In this document: piece by piece, positions 59,628 through 64,000 of the stretch
Layout of the letters: each line of letters starts with the position of its first letter
Numbering within the stretch: position 1 is the stretch's first letter
From: Lentisphaerota bacterium
GTDB taxonomy: Bacteria > Verrucomicrobiota > Kiritimatiellia > CAIQIC01 > Lenti-01
Direction of reading: 5' to 3'
Assembly (NCBI GenBank): GCA_012514035.1
Contig: JAAZBB010000075.1
Span: 876-64,875 of the forward strand
Length of the DNA: 64,000 nt
Notes under the pieces: model-generated
What the model saw: only the letters and a program-made list of their open reading frames with translations
What the model was told of the DNA's origin: nothing
The model's database searches: none
Made by a program: the position numbers and the translations under genes

Positions 59628-60550
59628 ATCAAGACAGCGCGCAGGCGTCCGTTCGTTCTCTCCCGGCATCCCGAATTCAGGGTGAGAGCCGTGTAGTGGC
59701 CGTTGACCGGTGTCCGGTGTGCCATGGCGCCGGCCTCCGGCCGGCCAAATTTTACACCTGGTACCTGAATGTCGGTGAACCCTTCGGTGTGGCGGAATGC
59801 GGGCATTGCGGGCACTTGTTCCTGTCGCCCCGGCCGGGACCTGATCTGGTGGGCACGCTGTACCGCACGGGGGTCTTGGAGGGATATCCCGAATATGTTC
59901 TGAAGTCATACACGCGCCGGCTCAAGGACTCGTTCGTGGAGATGGGGTATGTGCGCGACATCCGGACGCTGCAAACGCGGCTGGCCCGCGGCGCGAATAT
60001 ACTGGAAATTGGATGTTCTAGTGGCGAGTTCATGGCGCTCGCGGTACGTGCCGGCCATGCGGCCTGCGGGGTTGAGGCCGATCCCGATGCCTGCGCCAAG
60101 GCTCGTGCGGCAGGCTTGAACGTTTTTTGCGGAACCATTGAAGAATATGCGCCGGTCGGTCAGTATGATGCCGTGTATTCCAGCCATGTGATCGAGCATT
60201 TGGAATCGCCTGTCCTTGTGGCCGGCAAGATCTTCGATCTGCTGAAGCCCGGCGGCTGGTTGCTGGCGGAGGTGCCAAACCAATTGGCCAACGCCTATGT
60301 CCGGCGGGACCGCTGGTTGCGGCGACTGCCGCAGCGGGTCAGGAGCGGCTGGTCGATCCATCACCTGCATTTCTTTTCCCCCGCAACCTTCAGGAGGCTG
60401 TTTGCCGACCGCGGATTTGAAATCACATGGGTAAAAACGTTCGATCAAAATCCCGTTTCCCTCTTGCGACGGGCAATCAGATGGACCACACGGCTGACTT
60501 TCGGCGGCGGGGCGACTCTCATCCAGGTCTTGGCGCGCCGGCCGGCCTAA
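59624..60550 (+). CDS. Class I SAM-dependent methyltransferase with N-terminal Cys4 zinc ribbon
   Basis: CPVCHG...CGHCGH motif. Methyltransferase motif I ILEIGCSSGEF. Post I/II motifs (DAVYSSHVIEHL, LLKPGGWLL). ATGA overlap with the upstream stop. Confidence 0.65.
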   Translation: MNQDSAQASVRSLPASRIQGESRVVAVDRCPVCHGAGLRPAKFYTWYLNVGEPFGVAECGHCGHLFLSPRPGPDLVGTLYRTGVLEGYPEYVLKSYTRRLKDSFVEMGYVRDIRTLQTRLARGANILEIGCSSGEFMALAVRAGHAACGVEADPDACAKARAAGLNVFCGTIEEYAPVGQYDAVYSSHVIEHLESPVLVAGKIFDLLKPGGWLLAEVPNQLANAYVRRDRWLRRLPQRVRSGWSIHHLHFFSPATFRRLFADRGFEITWVKTFDQNPVSLLRRAIRWTTRLTFGGGATLIQVLARRPA

Positions 60551-60581
60551 TCAGGCCGGCGGTTCAGCCGGGGCAGCAGAT

Positions 60582-61985
60582 ATGACTGCTCAACCTCCAT
60601 CTCCGATTCTGTTGGCGGCCTATTGGGGCCCCGAAATCCGGAACATGGTTTTTTCCGGCCTGATTCGCCGACTCGTGCAGGATCGGCCAGTTGTTTTGCT
60701 CTCCCGGGTCATCGATGGTGATTTCGTCAAACATCTTCCCGCGGATTGTTCGCTGGTGCAACTTCCTATCATCCGTATTCCCGGTTATTTGAGTCGGTTG
60801 TCCACATTGGCCAACCGGGCGCATGGGGTCTGGATGGACCGGACCGGCATGATGCGGGCATTGGAAGGTCGGGCCGGCGAAGGATTGCATGCCGCGACGA
60901 CCGCAAAACGGATCCGCAATAACCTCGGCTCGCTGATGGCTTCCCGAACGGCCGTGGAGGGGCTGACGGCTGTGGAGTCCGCCGCGCTGCGGTTTTCTGG
61001 CGCCGCCTGTCCCCACTTGCGGGAGTTGATCCGCCGCTGGAAACCAGGTGCGTTTCTATCCATGGATTCCGTGCATCCCAGCGCAGCACTCATGGCATGT
61101 CTGGCACGGCGGGCGGGGGGACGCAGCTTCTTTTGCAGCGGAAACTGGAAGGATGTCGGACGCGGATTCCGCGCCCGGCCATGCTTTGATCAGTTCCTGG
61201 TATGGAATGATCAGATGAGGAGGGATTTACTGCGCCAGAATCCGCGCCTTGCACCCCGCAAAGTGCGGTCGGTCGGGGCAAGCCAGTTTGATCTGCTGCG
61301 CCACCCCGAATTCATCGAAACCCGGGAGGCGTTTTGCGCACGGTTTGCACTGGCGCCTGCGCGCCTTCTCTTGTGCTATACCTGCGCCGCCCGGCGCGTA
61401 ATCCCTCACGAAAGCGCCACGATCCGGGACATTTGCCGGTCCATCGCACGGCATGAAATCGCAGGTGATCCCTATCTGCTCGTGCGCTTGAATCCCACGG
61501 GATCGGATCCTCAGATCGAACGGCTTGCCGCGGAATTTGATTTCGTGCGGATTTCCGCGCCGGCATGGGATTACCGTCCCTCGTTGGCGGGCGGGCCCTG
61601 GCAGGCCAGCGACTACGAAGATCTGATCATCTACGCCAGCATGATCCGGCATGCTGCTGCCAATCTCAGCGCACCCTCGACGGTTATCCTGGATTTCGCG
61701 GTAGCTGACAAACCGGTGGTCAATGTCGGTTATGATCCTCCCGGCATGGATGTGGCCGGCCGGTCGGTCGGGACCTTTGCCAAGCAAGACGTTTTCCAAA
61801 GTGCGGTGAATTTGAGCGCATGCCGTCTGGCTGGCCGTCCGGAGGAACTGCGCGGGCATCTCAACGCCTATCTTCACTGCCCGGACCTGGACCGGGCCGG
61901 ACGGTTGTCATTTGTCCGGGAACAGTTGGGGTCCGATCCGCGGCCCGCGGCGGCCCGCATCGCGGATGTTCTTCTGGAATCGTGA
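60582..61985 (+). CDS. Putative GT-B polymer-forming transferase (CDP-glycerol glycerophosphotransferase TagB/TagF-like or KpsC/KpsS-like)
   Basis: C-terminal half LLLCYTCAARR...DYEDLIIYASMIRHAAANLSAPSTVILDFAVADKPVVNV resembles the TagF ILYAPTWR...DYSSvxFDfxxxxKPvi pattern. Weak evidence. Confidence 0.35.
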   Translation: MTAQPPSPILLAAYWGPEIRNMVFSGLIRRLVQDRPVVLLSRVIDGDFVKHLPADCSLVQLPIIRIPGYLSRLSTLANRAHGVWMDRTGMMRALEGRAGEGLHAATTAKRIRNNLGSLMASRTAVEGLTAVESAALRFSGAACPHLRELIRRWKPGAFLSMDSVHPSAALMACLARRAGGRSFFCSGNWKDVGRGFRARPCFDQFLVWNDQMRRDLLRQNPRLAPRKVRSVGASQFDLLRHPEFIETREAFCARFALAPARLLLCYTCAARRVIPHESATIRDICRSIARHEIAGDPYLLVRLNPTGSDPQIERLAAEFDFVRISAPAWDYRPSLAGGPWQASDYEDLIIYASMIRHAAANLSAPSTVILDFAVADKPVVNVGYDPPGMDVAGRSVGTFAKQDVFQSAVNLSACRLAGRPEELRGHLNAYLHCPDLDRAGRLSFVREQLGSDPRPAAARIADVLLES

Positions 61986-63184
61986 TGCATATCATCTATA
62001 CCACCCATGAATATCCCCGGCCCGGCCGCGCCCACGGCGGCATTGGCCGCAAACTGCAGATTCTTGCCCGGCATCTGGTGCAGGCCGGGCACCGCGTGAC
62101 GGTCCTGGGACTGGGAGCGGCGGATGCCGAAGATTCCGATCAGGGAGTCAGGATCAGGGAAGTGCAGGCGGCGCGCGGACTTCCCGGGGTGCGTATTTTC
62201 TTGAATCGGCGGATTGTCCGCCGGGCCATCATGCAACTGATCAAGGAAACCCAGGTGGATTTGGTCGAGTTTCAAGATAGCTATGTCGGTCTCATGCCCC
62301 TCGGGCTGCCGGTTCCCGTTGTAGTGCGGTTTTCCAACACACATACTCTGTATGCAGCCAAACTCGGCCGCAAGCCCCGGTTCTTTCGCAGTTGGCTTGA
62401 AAAACGCTATTTGCCGAAAGCCTTTGCGTATGCCTCCTGCAGTGCCCACGTCGCGGACACAACGGCCCGCTTGTTCGGGCTCGATCACCGCATCATCCGG
62501 GTGTTGTACAATCCCATCGACCTGGCGGAATACCCGCCGCCGGATGTCCGCAAGATATGCAAAGGCATGGTGGTGTTTGTTGGCACCGTGTACTGGGTCA
62601 AGGGCGTTTTTGAACTGATGGAGGCCTTCCGGCTGGTGAAGCAGACCCATCCCGGATGTTCCCTGTACTTGCTCGGCCGTGACCAGCAGTTGCCCGACCG
62701 ACCGGGCACGTCAACCATGGAAGAGTTGAAACGGCGCCTGCCGGCCAGCCTCGTGGACTCCGTGCATTTCATGGGACATCAACCCCGTGCCACGGTGTTG
62801 GATTACCTGGCCAAGGCCGAGGTCTTTGTCCTGCCCTCCTATTCGGAGGGCCATAGCAATGCCGTGACCGAGGCCCAGGCCATGGGCAAGGCGATCGTTT
62901 TCGGCGCCAACGATGCCGCCGCGGAAGTCATTGAACATGGGGTGTCCGGTCTGCTGGCCAACCCCCGGGATCCAGCGGATATTGCCTGGCAAGTCTGCCG
63001 CGTGTTGGATGATACCCCGCTCCGGGATGCCATGGGGCTGGCCGCGCGCCGCCTCGCGGAAACAAAATTCTCTATTGACGTCCTGCTTTCCGCCAACCTT
63101 GATTTCTACGAAACCACCTTGGCCAAATGGCGGGACGGACACCGAGTGCAGGGTGCATCCAGAAATCCGGCAAAGAAAGCCTGA
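61985..63184 (+). CDS. Glycosyltransferase family 4 (GT-B, RfaG-like)
   Basis: Internal Met (MHIIYTTHEYP) of ORF 61820..63184, overlapping the previous stop (TGATG). EX7E-like region VFVLPSYSEGHSNAVTEAQAMGKAIV. Confidence 0.7.
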   Translation: MHIIYTTHEYPRPGRAHGGIGRKLQILARHLVQAGHRVTVLGLGAADAEDSDQGVRIREVQAARGLPGVRIFLNRRIVRRAIMQLIKETQVDLVEFQDSYVGLMPLGLPVPVVVRFSNTHTLYAAKLGRKPRFFRSWLEKRYLPKAFAYASCSAHVADTTARLFGLDHRIIRVLYNPIDLAEYPPPDVRKICKGMVVFVGTVYWVKGVFELMEAFRLVKQTHPGCSLYLLGRDQQLPDRPGTSTMEELKRRLPASLVDSVHFMGHQPRATVLDYLAKAEVFVLPSYSEGHSNAVTEAQAMGKAIVFGANDAAAEVIEHGVSGLLANPRDPADIAWQVCRVLDDTPLRDAMGLAARRLAETKFSIDVLLSANLDFYETTLAKWRDGHRVQGASRNPAKKA

Positions 63185-63209
63185 CAGCCAGCCTGAAATC
63201 CGATTTGCC

Positions 63210-64000
63210 ATGATCAGCAACAAACAAGCGCAGAAACATGAAAACGGGCCGGAGGCCAGGGCCGTCCGAATCCTGTTCGTCGTGGGAACGCTGGAACTGG
63301 GCGGCGCGGAGGACTTAGTGTCGAATTGGTGCGTCTTGCTCAAAGAATGGGGGTTCGACTGCCATGTGCTTTGCCTATTAGGAAGGCGTGGCCCTCATGT
63401 CGAGCGGTTGGAAGCCATCGGCGTCCCGATATCTGCGCTGCCCGAAGGCACGGGGCATGGCCTCCGGTTTATCCGGGAATACGCGACGATTGTGCGGGGC
63501 ATCCGCCCGAATATCGTACACAGCCAATGCGCATGGTCATTGCCTCAACAGACGCTGGCGGTGATGTTGGGCGGGACGCGGCATATGGTGCTGACCGTCC
63601 ACAACACCTATCCCCGAGGTTCGCCATTGCAAAGAATAAGGCGCGTGCTGGGATTCCGCCTGGCCAGCCGCCGTCTGTCGAGGATCGTGGGGGTGAGCCG
63701 CGCCGTCAGCGACCATGCCCGGAACTGGTGGGCCGTGCCCACCGACCGGATTGTAACTATTCCCAACGGAATCTGGCTGGATCGCTTCCTGGCCGCGCCC
63801 GGCTCCCGGGACGACGCGCGCGCCCTTCTGGGCTTCCCGTTGTCCGGCACGCTGGTCGCAAGTGTGGCGAGCTTTTGCACACAAAAGGATCATCGGACAT
63901 TGTTGAGCGCTGCCGCCATCCTGGCTCCCCGCTTTCCGCAATTGAGGTGGGTCATGGTGGGTGACGGGCCGCTCCGGGAACAGACGGAACAGGACGCCGC
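63210..64000 (+). CDS. Glycosyltransferase family 4, truncated at the window end
   Basis: Frame open from the ATG at about 63210 to the end of the window, so it is absent from the ORF track. N-terminus RILFVVGTLELGGAEDLV (Glyco_transf_4-like). Later FCTQKDHRTLL (GT4 C-terminal domain start). Confidence 0.6.
   Translation, partial: MISNKQAQKHENGPEARAVRILFVVGTLELGGAEDLVSNWCVLLKEWGFDCHVLCLLGRRGPHVERLEAIGVPISALPEGTGHGLRFIREYATIVRGIRPNIVHSQCAWSLPQQTLAVMLGGTRHMVLTVHNTYPRGSPLQRIRRVLGFRLASRRLSRIVGVSRAVSDHARNWWAVPTDRIVTIPNGIWLDRFLAAPGSRDDARALLGFPLSGTLVASVASFCTQKDHRTLLSAAAILAPRFPQLRWVMVGDGPLREQTEQDA

Overview
This is a high-GC (about 63%) window of roughly 50 genes from a Gram-negative-type genome; LolCDE, an mraZ-rsmH-ftsL-ftsI-murE cell-division/cell-wall (dcw) cluster, ComEC and HypAB all point that way. 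It contains no CRISPR, restriction-modification or phage genes.

Gene content from 5' to 3':
- A dihydropyrimidine-dehydrogenase-like PreT/PreA-fusion flavoprotein (YgfK-like) paired with an SsnA-like amidohydrolase.
- A PAP2 phosphatase, then HtpX-LemA.
- A secreted RCC1-propeller protein carrying six tandem Ig-like domains.
- A nucleotide-sugar dehydrogenase and ilvC.
- An unusual sugar ABC uptake operon on the minus strand. It consists of a TPR lipoprotein, a membrane-anchored substrate-binding protein, a MalF-X-MalG permease fusion with a roughly 300-aa inserted polytopic domain, and a minimal nucleotidyltransferase. No ATPase gene is in the locus. A complex inverted-repeat-flanked tandem-repeat array sits inside the operon.
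- A second UDP-sugar dehydrogenase, then lysS and lolC-lolD.
- A NagB-like deaminase, ComEC, a TPR protein and an MFS transporter.
- An orphan hypA-hypB pair.
- The dcw cluster, with an MraZ operator (a GTGGG x3 array) and an extra Ala/Pro-rich ORF inserted between mraZ and rsmH.
- tRNA-Val.
- A large polysaccharide locus. It begins with GDP-heptose genes (gmhA, hddA, hddC, an SDR epimerase/dehydratase) together with a GT-C ArnT/PMT-like transferase and a Dpm1/ArnC-like GT2. It continues with a Wza/Wzy/Wzc/Wzx exopolysaccharide gene set carrying an LtaS/sulfatase-like protein, an MBOAT+SGNH O-acetylation pair, a SAM methyltransferase, a TagF-like transferase and GT4 enzymes; the last GT4 is truncated at the window end.

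Main non-genic signals:
- An abundant, modular MITE/REP-like intergenic element family with 8 copies in 64 kb. Copies are 0.1-0.35 kb, have imperfect terminal inverted repeats and long internal hairpins, and generate many spurious ORFs.
- Two AT-rich islands bearing paired perfect palindromes.
- A rho-independent terminator after ilvC and a triple direct repeat ahead of it.

Many long ORFs in the track are antisense artefacts of the high GC content.
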